Positions 27,301 to 41,798 of a stretch of DNA of 64,000 bases are shown in pieces. The stretch is from Octopus vulgaris (taxonomy: Eukaryota), in NCBI GenBank assembly GCA_951406725.2, contig OX597819.1:65100001-65164000 (forward strand). Reading direction: 5' to 3'. The position numbers and the translations under genes are program-made. The notes under the pieces are model-generated. The model did not search any database, was not told where the DNA came from, and saw nothing but the letters and a program-made list of their open reading frames with translations. The number at the start of each line of letters is the position of its first letter. The first letter of the stretch is position 1.

Positions 27301-30300
27301 ACATCGGCAAGCCATGCATTCTACCCTCCACCTTCACGGGAGGACCGCGATATATGCGTGAAAGGACCCAAGACGCCTTGACCTACGTGCGCATTTACGG
27401 CCGGCCGGACCTCTTTATCACCTACACGTGCAATCCCAGCTGCGACGAAATCACTCGCGAACTCCTCCCGGGTCAATCTCACACCCATCGACACGATATC
27501 GTTGCTAGGGTTTTCCGTCTGAATTTGGGCAAAATGAAGGATTTGATAGTTAAGGGTCAGATTTTCGGGCATGTCAGGTGCCACATGTTTTCGGTCGAGT
27601 GGCAAAAGAGGGGCTTGCCACATGCTCACATCTTAATTTAGCTCACTCATAAAATCGAAACTAATGACATTGACAAATTCATTTCCGCCGAGATTCCTGA
27701 CCCGATGAGGACCCCGGACTCTACGAAATTGTCCGCACTACCATGGTACACGGGCCCTGTGGACCAAATTACGCCAACACACCATGCTACAAAAACGGAT
27801 TAGCCTGCTCAAAGGGATTCCCTAAACGGTTCACTTTGGAGACTCAAACAGGCGGCGATGGGTATCCGCTGTACAAACGAAGGAGTCCAGCCAATGGAGG
27901 CCGCACGATTACGGTTGGGCGACATCAAGTGGACAACAGCTACATTGTCTCCTACTGTCCTCTCCTGTCGAAGATATTCAAAGCCCACGTCAACGTTGAG
28001 TTCTGCAGCTCCATCAGGTCAATACAATATGTCTGCAAATATATCAACAAAGGCAGCGATGCTGCCATGTTCAGCATCCAGAGGACCACCAGTCGCGACG
28101 AAGTGTCCAACTACTTGGCTGGCCGGTACCTCAGCAGCAACGAAGCGTTTTGGCGCATTTACGGCTTCCCGCTCCATCAGAGACACCCGGCTGTGGTGCA
28201 GCTTGCTGTACACTTGGAAAATGGACAGCGGATTTACTTCACAGAGCAAAGTGCTGTGCACATAGCCACCAGCCCTAAAGACACAACGTTGACTGGTTTC
28301 TTCAAATTATGCCAACGTGATGACTTCGCTCGAACGCTTTTGTACCCACAGGTCCCATCGTACTTCGTGTGGTCTAAAAACACCTGGGTCCGACGGAAAT
28401 CCGGCAAAAACGTCGAAAGCTTCCCAGGCGTCAAGTTTGACTCCTGCCTGGGTCGAGTTTACAACATCCCGCCAAACCAGCAAGAATGCTTCTACCTCCG
28501 TCTCCTTCTACATGAGGTCACTGGTCCAACAGGTTTCGCCAATATACGTACCGTCAATGGGGTTCTGTGCGACACCTTCAGGGAAGCATGTATGAGACTT
28601 GGCCTTCTAGAGGATGACTCCCAGTGGGACGCCACGATGGCAGAGGGTGCTTTACTGCAAACGCATTCGGCCCTACGACATCTTTTCGCAATCCTTCTTC
28701 AAAAATGTCAGCTTAGTGATCCACTAAGTCTCTGGATGAAATACAGGGATGACATGTCGCACGACTTCTTACGTACGGCTCAGCAACACTGCCCTTCCGC
28801 CGAGATCACGTTCACCAACTTCATTTACAATTTTGCGCTCATTCAACTCGAAGACGCTGTCATCGATATGGGTGGGTCTGCTTTAACAGAGTACGGCCTT
28901 CCACCAACCACACGTGAACACGCCAATGTTATGTCTGCTGAATTGTTACGCGAAACTTCCTACTGCATTGAGGAACTGCACCAGTACGTCCAAGATAATG
29001 AACCACGGCTGATTCCAGACCAGCGCATAGCCTACAACACCATCGTATACTCTGTCAGACAGCAACGTGGGGGGATTTTCTTCCTTGATGCACCCGGCGG
29101 CACTGGCAAAACCTTCGTCACTAAACTAATTCTGGCAGAGGTCAGACGCAACACGGACATTGCCCTGGCTGTAGCTTCCTCTGGTATCGCGGCCACGTTG
29201 CTTCCGGGTGGCAGAACCGCCCACTCTGCCTTCAGTCTCCCGCTCGATCTGGCAAAGTCCGAGTCACCTATCTGCAACATCGCCAAGAACTCAGAACAGG
29301 CCGACATTCTGCGCAGATGCAAACTCATCGTATGGGACGAGTGCACTATGGCACACAAAGGCGCCCTTGAGGCACTGGACAGGTCCCTGCAAGACATCAG
29401 AGACTCTACGGCCCCCATGGGAGGATTAACTTTACTTCTTTCAGGAGACTTCAGGCAGACTCTACCTGTTATTCCAAAAGGAACCCATGCCGATGCCGTG
29501 CGCGCGTGCCTTAAGTCGTCAGCTCTTTGGGCACATGTGCGGCCCTTGCACCTCCAAACTAACATGCGCGCGCAGTTAATTGGTGACAGCGGATCCGCTG
29601 CATTCTCCAGGGACCTCTTATCGCTCGGTGAAAATAGGATGCTGTCTGATGCGGATGGCTACGTTCAATTGGACTCACTTTGCACCATTGTCGATACCCC
29701 TGCTAGCCTCCGGGACGCTGTCTTCCACGACCTACAAAACAATTTACGCGACCTAAAATGGCTGGCAGGCAGAGCTATTCTCGCACCCAAAAATACAACC
29801 GTCAACTCCATCAATATCCAGCTACTTGAAGCTATTCCTGGTGATGTCCACGTCTACAAATCTATAGATAGGACAGCAGACCCCGCCCAGCTTGCCGATT
29901 ATCCTGTTGAATTCCTGAATTCACTTGAACCGCCAGGCCTGCCACCACACATCCTGAAGTTAAAAGTCGGTGCGCCCATTATGCTCATCAGGAATTTGGT
30001 TCCACCTAAACAGTGCAACGGCACACGTTTGGTTGTGAAACATTTGGCACCACATTTAATAACGGCCACAATACTTACCGGTTGTGGGAAGGGAGAGGAC
30101 GTCTTCATTCCACGGATGCACCTTCAACCGTCGGGCGCTGACCTACCAATCCACTTCAGGCGTTCTCAGTTTCCTGTTAAACTCTGCTTCGCAATGTCCA
30201 TCAATAAATCCCAAGGCCAAACGCTACAAGTCGCTGGGTTACATTTGGGCGAACAGTGCTTCGCCCACGGTCAACTCTACGTGGGCTGTTCACGCGTTGG

Positions 30301-30498
30301 GAGGCGCAATGATGTTTTCATGTTTTCGCCCAAACGGACAGCTAGGAACATCGTATATACAGAAGTATTCCAGTGAAGACAAGACATTGCAACGTCCACA
30401 TGCACCTTCGTTCCCTGGAGGGAAAGGACTACATTGGGATTAGTCGTTGCCTACTAGGGGCTCTTACATACCCGGGCAACGCCGGGCTATGCTGCTAG
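24354..30498 (+). mobile_element. Full-length autonomous-type Helitron (rolling-circle transposon), ~6.15 kb
   Basis: 5' end TCTCTCTATATATAAA follows an A. 3' end has a GC hairpin CCCGGGCAACGCCGGG (30471-30486) then CTAG (30495-30498) followed by T, i.e. an A|T insertion with no TSD. Encodes RepHel and is visibly more GC-rich than the flanks. Confidence 0.95.
25505..30376 (+). pseudogene. Helitron RepHel transposase (HUH/Y2 Rep + PIF1-type SF1 helicase), ~1620 codons, three lesions
   Basis: Joins ORFs 25457-27130, 26931-27641 and 27743-30376. Starts MPPKKRR. Zn motif CQFC..CC. Rep motifs PDLFITYTCNP, VEWQKRGLPHAHILI, YVCKYINKG. Helicase motifs DAPGGTGKT, IVWDECTM, SGDFRQTLPV, AMSINKSQGQT, HGQLYVGCSRV. 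Lesions: +1 frameshift ~27003, TAG at 27639 (W expected), -1 frameshift ~27703. Confidence 0.93.
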
Positions 30499-30610
30499 TA
30501 TATCTATATATCCATTTATCTATTTATATATATTTCTATTTATCTATTTATCTATTTATCTATCTGTTTCGCTCACTCCCTCTCCTTCTGCCCCTCTCTC
30601 TCTAAATATA

Positions 30611-30660
<50 letters not shown>

Positions 30661-31593
30661 TATATGTATATGACTCTGTGTATAATAGTATGAGAAACCC
30701 TAGAATGCTTATGGATTGTAAATAACTCAGTTTCTCCTTTATATTTCCTGAAATACACATAAATACGTGGATGTATACTTGATAAAATATCGTGCATTTT
30801 TGCATTGCTTTGGTTGGATTTCTTTAGATTAGGAATGATGGAAGAAAGAGTTTCTTTTAATGAAACGAATATATATCTTATTCAACGGCAAGCAGCAACA
30901 TAGAAAATACATCTTTTAATCATCACTTTAGCAAGCATGCTAAATCATACACAGTTTGAAAGGTATTAACACTTTTGAAAAAAAAAAAAGGCCAAGAACT
31001 CCCATAAAGCTGCAAACATCACAACATTAAAGTATATCCAAGTTTAATTAAGACTGCATGAACAATTTTAACGTTATAATAAAGACCACTTTTCTATATT
31101 CAAGTATAATTTTTGAAATTTTCAATCTTACAGCGTTCATTATCCCAAAATAAGTGGAAACGACAAAAAAAAAAGCAGAAAGAAGAAATGTAATGCTTAG
31201 GCAGAGAAATATCAGATTCCTTTTGTTGAGGCAGGAGGCCAACATTCAATATAAAGGTGTGGGTAAATTATTCTTGCTAATCAACAATTTCAAAGACATT
31301 TATTTCCACTTGCAGGCTGTATTATAAAATTCTACCTTTTTATTATGAAGCACGAAGGGCTATTTGTCTTTGATCTGTCTCCAATAAATTATTGGGAATT
31401 TATGGCATTAAAAAAATAATAATTGGTAGATTTTTTTAAATATGGTTTTATGAAATATGTAAACATGTGTACATAGTTTCCCCCGAATATGTATGTATAA
31501 ATGCATACATGTGTACACATGCACACAAGTCTATCTGTCTATCTCTCACTCTTTCCCTTTCAATATATATATATATATATATATATATGCATC

Positions 31594-31628
<35 letters not shown>

Positions 31629-31805
31629 CTGTGTGTGTGTGTATGTATATATATGTATATATATATATACAGGTATACATATATACATATAAATATATAT
31701 ATGTATGTATATATATATGTACATATATATACTTGCATACAGTTTACATATATATACGTGTATACATATATAGTATATATGAAATATACATATATATATG
31801 TATAC

Positions 31806-31852
<47 letters not shown>

Positions 31853-32428
31853 GATATATAGATAGATAGATAGATAGATAGATAGATTTAAAAATGACTA
31901 ACTGAGAGTGATAGATAGCTTGATACATAGAAATATGGTTTATTGGTTAGTTTGAACATTGCTTTCTTTATTAACAAGCACGCACCACAGGAACGTGTAT
32001 GGGAATTTTGATGGAAAATAAATGGCCTTATTTAATGCACCTCTCGAATTTTCGAAAGGTTTCCAACGAGATATGATTAATGCCTTGGTGTCAATCTCTT
32101 AATATCTTGGTGTCAATCTCTTGATTAAGGACATCTAACATATCCTGTAGTTTGGTCCTTATGCTAAAAAAAGGTCATAAAAATTGTATCCGTGTATACG
32201 TAAAGGAATGACGAATGTTTTATAACGAAAGTCAAACCGGAAACTACACTGTATGTCCAAGAGTATTTTAGGTCGTGTGTGTAAAAATATCTGCAGAGAC
32301 ATAAATAATTTACACAAAACACGCATACACAATAAAGTAGTCACATAACCAGAAAAGCTACACACAAACGTGTATATTTTTACATTTATTTATCTCATTG
32401 TTTCTTTGCCTTTCTCTCTTTCTCTCTC

Positions 32429-32504
<76 letters not shown>

Positions 32505-32592
32505 GAGAATTTACGAAAAGAGCAAAATACGAAGACAGGTGGTGTAGAAAACAAACAGATGTATTAGTATAACGCTCGGGAATTGAAAAAGT

Positions 32593-32628
32593 CTTTTACG
32601 TTTCGAGCCTACGCTCTTCCACAGAAAG
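32593..32628 (-). ncRNA. Variant minimal hammerhead-like motif in a ~160-bp (TA)n-associated repeat (32500-32656)
   Basis: CTTT-CTGTGGA-A-GAGC(GTAG)GCTC-GAAAC-GTA-AAAG. Non-canonical core (A6>U) and a loopless palindromic ACGT stem III. Confidence 0.45.
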
Positions 32629-32707
32629 TAACAGAGAAAGAAACCAGGAGAAAAACATATATATGTATGTGTGTGTGAGAGGATCTGTGTGTGTTTGTGT
32701 GTGTATT

Positions 32708-32775
<68 letters not shown>

Positions 32776-34992
32776 CTTCAACGCACACGCATATAAAGAT
32801 AGATAGCTACCAAGAAACAATGAAACATATATGCACGTATGCATATATATAATATTTAATACATATTTATATTATATACATATAGTATATATATATTCAT
32901 ACATATAGTATATATATATGCATACATATGTATGCAAATCTATATAAACACAGGCGCACACACATACACGTACACACCACACATATATACATATATACCT
33001 CTTATATTAAGACAAGATTGTATGTTATTTTTTCATACTGATTTTAATTTTGCGCTTCAGTTTCATGTTTCTATGTTTCTCTTTGTTGTTTTGGTATAGC
33101 TGATTGCCCGTGTATATATGTCTGCGTCTGTTTATTTCTATCCTGTGTGCACGCGTGTTTGTGAACTTGCCTATACGGTTGTGTGTCAATGTTTATTTGT
33201 GCGCGTTTATATGAGGTTTCTATTACTGCAAAGCTATGGTATAGCAAAGCAAATTTTGCTCACAGTAGCTAGTCTGGTGCTGCGAAATATATTCCTTTGA
33301 GACTGATTGCAAGGAACAACGCACAATAGACCTTCTTATGAAGACAAGGATTCGCTTATCAGATCATAGCTTGACTCACGTAGTAACTGATGTCTGGAAC
33401 TAGCAGAACAAAATTAAGAACAACATCTATGGAAACAGCGTCTGCATAATCATCATCATTGGCATTAACTACTTCTACGAAAGCTCTAACGACAGTGATA
33501 ATCATAAATATGAATATAAATATATTAATAATAATATTTATTTTGTGGATTTTTTTATTATGATTTGTGTAGTCGTTGTTTTCATTACCACCACCACCAC
33601 CACCACCACCACAATCACCACCGCCTCCACCGATATCGTCGTCGTCATCATCATCATCATCATCATCATCACTGTCGTAGTCTTCACCGCCGCCGCCGCC
33701 GCCTTTCTCGCAGTCATCGTCGTCATCATCTTCAACATCATCATCATCATCATCATCATTATCGTCATCTTACCTACCGTCTCTAGTAAGCACAATATTT
33801 TAAATGCATTCGCTGAGGCTGCCCACATTTAACCACGGTAGAACTCTCCTACCTGATCGAGAACATAGTCAGATCAGACGTAGTTATGCCAGCGTTGTGT
33901 AATGAACGATGAGAACAGTGACGGAACAGTGACGAACAGTGACGGAACAGTAAATGTTTTTGAGAAAAACATATACTTGGAATATGTCACACCATCCAGT
34001 TAAGTGTAGCTGGTCACATTGTTTTTGTGAACATTGTAGAAAACTAAAGAGTGTGAATCAAATGAGAAGTGAATGTTAGGAAATCTTTCACAGTACTTCT
34101 CACACATGGAATTCGAAAACGTTATTAGTGTATTATTTAGCATTAATAATTAAATTATTTATTGCTCACAAGGGGCTAAGCATAGAGGGGACAAACCAGG
34201 ACAGGCAAAGGGACTAAGTCGATTACATCGACCCCAGTGCCTAACTGGGAGTTATTTAATCGATACCGAAAGGATGAAAGGGAAAGTCGACCTCAGCAGA
34301 ATTTGAACTCAGAACTTAGTGGCAGACGAAATACCGCTAAGTATTTCGCCCGGCGTACTAACGATTCTGCCAGCTCGCCGCCTTTATTAATAGTCGACTG
34401 CATTTAACACGTTCTCTGTAAAAGGCGATATCTTCTACACATAATAATAAAAACGAGAACTGAATTAGGAAATGTTATCTTTTTCCTATAAAAGGAAGTA
34501 ATTTTCGGCCTAAATCATTGATGTGTGAAGAGTGTACCAAAAACCGCTGATGTGTTTCAATTTTTAATAACTTCTTTAACTGTACAAATAAATGCATAAA
34601 TTTCTGATGCCATATATAAAGAACATAATGGAAAATTAATACACGCAAGTCAAGTTTTGCAAAACTACAATATCACATATGAAAAAGGACATCGCTTAAA
34701 TGGCAGCCATTTTTAGCTTCGCACGCCCGCGCTCTCTCTAAAACTTGCACCACAACACCCTGAAGATTTTCAGACATCACTTCTCTGATTTTCCTATTGA
34801 TGTCCTCCATACAGTTGAACCAAGGGCTTCGCATTGTCGATTTAAATAAACTCTTTCTTTGCTTTATATCCTTTATATCTTATCAAAATTTCATGCATTT
34901 ATTTCTAAAGTTCAGGAAGTTGTTAAAAGCTGAATCTCATCAGTGACTTGTGGGATAAACTGTATATATATATATATATATATATATATTTC

Positions 34993-35034
<42 letters not shown>

Positions 35035-35054
35035 TGTATATATATATGTATATA

Positions 35055-35139
<85 letters not shown>

Positions 35140-35144
35140 ATATA

Positions 35145-36571
35145 CAGTGGCGGCCAAAATGTTCAGAACGGCATTGTTTTCTTCAGAAAAGTAGATATAA
35201 TTTTTTATCAAAGTTGTTTTATATTCTATAATTTTCACAGACAATACATACTATATCATAGTCTGAGATTTCGGTGTAATTTGTGAGGATAATATAAAAG
35301 TTATGAATGATTTAGTGATTTACTGCAAAACCCATGGCGGCCAAAATGATCAGAACGGGTGCTTTTACTTTGTGTTTTAGTATATTTAACCGGCGAACAT
35401 TAATGTTTGTATTTGTTTACGTGACGGTTCGTTTACTAAACATTAGTAAAAATATTTGCAGTGTACTTTGTTAATATAATGCCACTTGCTCCGTTACCAA
35501 TTCGGCAGCAGATTATTTAGCTTCAAAGGAAGGATAATTTAAGGATTGGATCTATTGCAAAGATTGTTAACAAGTCAAAAAGTGTTGTACACGGTATTCT
35601 TAAGGTCTACGATGATTGTGGTTCGTTTGAAGCAAGAAAGTTTACAAGTAGGCCAAGAAAAACGACCAAGAGAGAAGTTCGTGCTATTGTAAAGTTGGTT
35701 AAAAAGGACAGATTTTAAACTGCTACTGCTGTTTCTCGGAAAATGAGCATTGTATTGAAGAAAACTTTATCTCGAAAAACTGTGTCTCGTCGTTTAGTTG
35801 AACATGACCTACAAGCAAGAGCACTTGCAATGAAGCCACTGATCAGCTCCAAGAATAAAAAGTGTCGTCTTACATTTGCAACCGAACATGTGTTGTGGTC
35901 TCAAGAAAAATGGCAAACGGTGCATTTCAGTAATGAATCTAAGTTTATGTTATTTGGCTCAGTTGGGAAAAGGTACGTTCGTCGAAAAGTAGGTGAAAAA
36001 TTGTCGCCTAAATGCCTTAAGACTAGTGTTAAATTCGGTGGAGGAAGTGTCATGGTTTGGGGGATGATATCTGGAGATGGTGTGGGCCCTTTGGTGCGAT
36101 TACATGGAAAGGTAAATGCAGGAGTTTATAAACAACTTGTAAAAGATCATGTCTTGCCTGGGCTGAGAATTTCAACTAAGCGACCACCCATATTCATGCA
36201 GGACAATGCCCCATGTCACAAGGCTAAGGTGGTCATGAACTTCCTCAAGGATGAAAAGGTTATTGTTATGGATTAACCTGCTCAAAGCCCAGATCTCAAT
36301 CCTATTGAAAATGTATGGAATATTCTAGGAGAACGTTCGAAAGCCAGAAATCCTAAAACAACTGAGTAATTATGGAATGCCCTTCAGGAAGAATAGAATA
36401 AGATCACCCAGCAAGAAATTGAAAATTTAATTTCCTCATGCAGTCGAAGATGTCAGAGTGTGATTGAAGCTAAAGGGCTTCACACTAAATATTAAATAAT
36501 TCCAGAATTCTCTGTCATTTTTGTTTATTTATGTTTTTTTTCAACCGTTCTGATCGTTTTGGCCGCAACTG
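35145..36571 (+). mobile_element. Tc1-family DNA transposon, full length (1427 bp), inserted in a (TA)n/(TG)n tract
   Basis: 27-bp TIRs CAGTGGCGGCCAAAATGTTCAGAACGG (35145) and CCGTTCTGATCGTTTTGGCCGCAACTG (36545-36571) with 3 mismatches; TA on both sides; transposase inside. Confidence 0.95.
35479..36495 (+). pseudogene. Tc1 DD34E transposase pseudogene (~338 codons, 5 in-frame stops, no frameshift)
   Basis: One frame from ATG 35479 through track ORF 35743-36276 to TAA 36495. Motifs SRPRKTT, HFSNES (first catalytic D>N), KFGGGSVMVWG, FMQDNAPCH, *PAQSPDLNPIENVW (34 residues between D and E), GLHTKY. Confidence 0.92.
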
Positions 36572-36592
36572 TATATAGATAGATATATATAC

Positions 36593-36623
<31 letters not shown>

Positions 36624-36636
36624 CATAGATATATAT

Positions 36637-36684
<48 letters not shown>

Positions 36685-36689
36685 ATATT

Positions 36690-36731
<42 letters not shown>

Positions 36732-36735
36732 GTAT

Positions 36736-36771
<36 letters not shown>

Positions 36772-38126
36772 GTGTATTTATGTTTATATGTTATTCTGGC
36801 GTAGGAGTCACTGTGTGGTAAGTAGTATCACTGGAGTCATTTCATGAATTCATTTTCGTTATCTATGGCAAAAACTGTTCCAGAAAATAATGTTCCCTTT
36901 CTCGGTAGGAAAATCATTGTTGTACGGTGTAATTGAGGAAGAATAAGGAACCTTCTGTGTTTCTATACCGTACACTCAGTATACGTTATGGCGTTTGTTT
37001 ATTTACAATACATTCTTTCTTCTATCATTTGTATGTGCGTGAGTGTATGCATGTGTGTATGCTTGTTTTTATCTTATGATAAAGTGAGTTTTACTTTAAA
37101 CTGAAGGATTACTCAAGACTTTTGGTAAAGTATGAATGAATCATTCTTTAAGGAGAATTATGTTGACAGTCAATTCAAAATTTCGGTCAAAATTTCCATA
37201 ATTTTATATGCGTTTATGTAAGAGATTTTGTACTAGTATGTGTATTTATTTCGAGAAATATTAAAGCTTTAACAATAAAAAAAAAACAGAACAGGCAAAG
37301 AAACGCGAGAAGGTATCAGCAAATTAAGCCATAGCAACATATGTCGAAATAGGACCCTAAGTATAATATAACGGCAACTTGCACGCCTGGAACAACTCAT
37401 AATTGCAATCATGTTTATATATTTAAAAGCATATATGTTACTCTGTGTGTGTGTGTGTGTGTACGTGGTGCAAATTTTCCCAGCATGCAACAACTCGCTT
37501 TTGCAATCCTGTTTATATCTATTTTTTTCTCTTTGTGAAATTTACTGAAGGATATTATCATACAAAACACGATTTATTTAAAATTCAAGCATTAGTTGCA
37601 GAAGTTGATGAGTAATGAAATCAAAATCACATGATAATGTTAAAAAGTTGTATCTAAGAAATGTACTGCAATAGAAATGTTGAGCGTAGAAGTTGTTAAG
37701 TCGACATTTACAATATTTTATCTATTCCAAAATAGGAAGACTTTGGAAGTATTTAAGCAGAGAAATTGAAGTGTAGGATGAAAAAGAGCAATGTTTGTGT
37801 GTGCGCGCGCGCGTGTGTGTGTGTATACACGAATAAATAAATAAATATATACATACATATGCTATTTCATCATATTCCTTATTATTCTTGATATTAAAAA
37901 CGCCAGGAAATTTATTTCTATGGAATAAACAAAATGAACGATTGGGTTTAAAGAATTTTGGAAAACCTAACTCTACGCAAAATAGTAAACGTTTGGGGAA
38001 ATTCCTTATTACTTACCTATGGTAAGTAGCTTGCTTTCCAGTCTCATGGTTCCGGGTTAAGTCCCACTACGTGGCACCTTGGCCAAGTGACTTCTATAGC
38101 CTCAGGAAACCGAAAAATGCCCGTCG

Positions 38127-38225
<99 letters not shown>

Positions 38226-38607
38226 ATGTGTGTGTGTGTATGAGTGTGCGTTTGTGTAAGCGTGCATGTGTGTATGTTTGTCTGTCTGTGCTGTGCACCC
38301 ACCATCGATTGACAACCGATATTGGTGTTTTCACGTCCCCGTAAGCTTCCAGTTCGGCCAAAGAGACAGATAGAATAAATACAAAGCTTACAAAGAATAA
38401 ATCTTGGATTCGATTTGTTCCACTAAAGGCGGTGTTCTAGTCAAATGACTGCAACAAGTAAAAGCGGTTAAATATATGGCGCGGGCGGTCATAGAGTCAT
38501 CAATGATTTTGGCTCTATAAAACGCTTAGCCATATAGACCGCTCTGACGTTTAGAGTGACCTTGTTCTAACGGATGTATGGAAATATGATCCATTGTCGA
38601 TATATAA

Positions 38608-39278
<671 letters not shown>

Positions 39279-39330
39279 TATCTACAAGTTTCTTCATTCT
39301 CTTTCTCTCTCTGTTTATTTACTCTTATTC

Positions 39331-39366
39331 CTTTCGGTTGAAGAGCGTAAGCTCGAAACGTAAAAA
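39331..39366 (+). ncRNA. Second copy of the variant hammerhead-like motif (repeat 39280-39456)
   Basis: CTTT-CGGTTGA-A-GAGC(GTAA)GCTC-GAAAC-GTA-AAAA; flanks homologous to 32500-32656 and 24223-24331. Confidence 0.35.
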
Positions 39367-39558
39367 AACTTTTCATTTTTCTCGAGCGCCAAAATTACAC
39401 ACTTGTTTGTTGTTCACACACCTGCCTTTTCCTTTTATTATTCCATTAATTTCAACTATATATATATATATGCATGCATGTATGTTTGTGTATATATATA
39501 TATATATATATAAACACATACGCACAGATATATACACATATATTTCTATAGATGCCCG

Positions 39559-39633
<75 letters not shown>

Positions 39634-40177
39634 AAACAAAACACGCACACACATATGTATATATTGTATGAATGTTCTAAGGGTTCTAACGAATCACTAC
39701 AACAGGGAACAATGTGGAAAATTTGTTATTGTAATATTAATGAGTTATCCCTTGTGAAGTGAATCTGCGGCTTCACGACGGTTTGCTCGAGAATTATAAT
39801 AGAATTATCTCTATTAATTTTACCCACTTTCACTCCAAGGCTGCGCATATGTATGTATGTATCTCTATGTGTTAGTGAAGGTATAATATAAGCGTACATA
39901 AGTGTGCGTGCGTGTGCGTGTGCGTGTGTGTGTGCGTCTATGTATTTATTCATAAAGAAAAGCATTATGTCTTTGCCCTAATGTTATTCTGCACGTAGCT
40001 GTTTGATGGTATGCGTGTACATCTGCGTGTGGTTTCGAAGATGTGTGCGTGATTCACTCGCTTAGTTTAGCGAAAATGATTGCCTGCTTGGATATTCAAA
40101 TTGTTCATTTCAAAGTGTCTACAGGTATGTATGTATATAAGTACGTATGTATATACGCACGCTTATATTTGTGCATG

Positions 40178-40246
40178 TATATACATATACGTATATTTTT
40201 ATAGTATATATCATATATACTATAAAAATATACGTATATGTATATA
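40178..40246. repeat. Perfect 69-bp AT-rich palindrome (34-bp arms, 1-nt spacer)
   Basis: TATATACATATACGTATATTTTTATAGTATATAT-C-ATATATACTATAAAAATATACGTATATGTATATA. Confidence 0.9.
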
Positions 40247-40710
40247 TACATATATATGTGTGCTTGTGTGTGTATGCATATAATATACGCATATATATAT
40301 ATATATATATATATACACAATATGACAATCATTTTCTATGTGTGCATACATTTATGGGCGTGTGTGGTTAATGACCGAACAAAGCCTCCGCTGTGTTTGT
40401 TTTTGCACGGGGTTTTAATAATTAAATACGAAGTTGATTACCTAGCAACCGCTTAGCTACAATCTACCACGTATATACTTAATGCAGGGACAAAGCGAAG
40501 CCGACTGTAACACACACACAATCACACACACACACATACATACAGACACAGAGTACCATATATACTTTTTCAGGCACATTGCTTATATACCAACACACAC
40601 AGGGACGACATGATCTCAACATTGTATAATTTATATTTACGACTGCATTTTATATATCCCTGCAAACATGCACACACACTCACTGATATATATATATATA
40701 CATATATATG

Positions 40711-40825
<115 letters not shown>

Positions 40826-41289
40826 TGATAAATAGATAGATACATACATACATATATATACACACACACATAAACACACACACACACACACACATATATT
40901 TATATATATACATACACACACATATTATATGCAAGTATATATACCGGTACAACTACTGATAACTATGATGCCGCACCCTATTGCCTGCAGACTTTGGCCG
41001 AGACAGACATCTATATGTAAATACACATCTAAGGAGCAGAGCAACCCATAGATTTTTATTCAGTCAATAAAGAAGAATATTGAATAAATTTAAGGAGCTC
41101 ATATAAACCAACATGAGGGACACATGAACACACATGCATCGAGTGGGCAAAGGTCGTAGAAGTACATGTGGACACACACTTATAAGACAGGCATACATGC
41201 ATACACACTCACGTGAACGTCTTTGTGTGTATATATGCATATATCTAACTATCTATCTATATATCTATCTATCTACCTACCTATATATG

Positions 41290-41349
<60 letters not shown>

Positions 41350-41452
41350 GGTCTTCATCGCCTTCTCCTCCGCCTCATCGTTCTTGCTTTTGTTGTAATT
41401 ACTACATCTCTGTCTGCGTATGTGAGTGTTTTGTGTGAGTTCGATTACTTAC

Positions 41453-41612
41453 CTACATTCTATATTCTCCACGTAGTCTCCTATCATGACAGCCCGGGTT
41501 TTACAAATCCTATGTTTGATCAGAATGATGGAGGTTAGGTACGATTGGAGCTGTGTACACAATATCGTTCAACATACATGTCATCGAAAGATTTGTTCAG
41601 TTGTTCATATAC
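41453..41612 (-). other. Candidate host exon (160 nt; possibly 5'UTR plus start codon MIGDYVENIEC...)
   Basis: Minus strand: acceptor TTTGTTTATTCTGCAG|G and donor TAG|GTAAGT bound a non-repetitive island between microsatellites. All frames are closed except from an internal ATG. Confidence 0.35.
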
Positions 41613-41742
41613 CTGCAGAATAAACAAAGCTAACTAAATGCTTTCTGTACTTAATTACGGATGTATACTTACACATAAGCCTTCGATAAATGTATGTACG
41701 TAACTAGGCATGTATATGTACATATATGCGTACATACATACA

Positions 41743-41798
<56 letters not shown>

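Noticed and set aside
25493-30108. Antisense and alternate-frame ORFs inside the Helitron
   Set aside because: Shadows of the GC-rich RepHel frame; no motifs.
33912-33951. GAACAGTGAC(G) x4 tandem as a CRISPR-like or iteron array
   Set aside because: No spacers; an ordinary short minisatellite in a eukaryotic context.
34885-34950. Minus-strand CTGATGA...TTCAG/CTGAA...GAAAT next to (TA)n
   Set aside because: Stems I and III and the cleavage triplet do not form.
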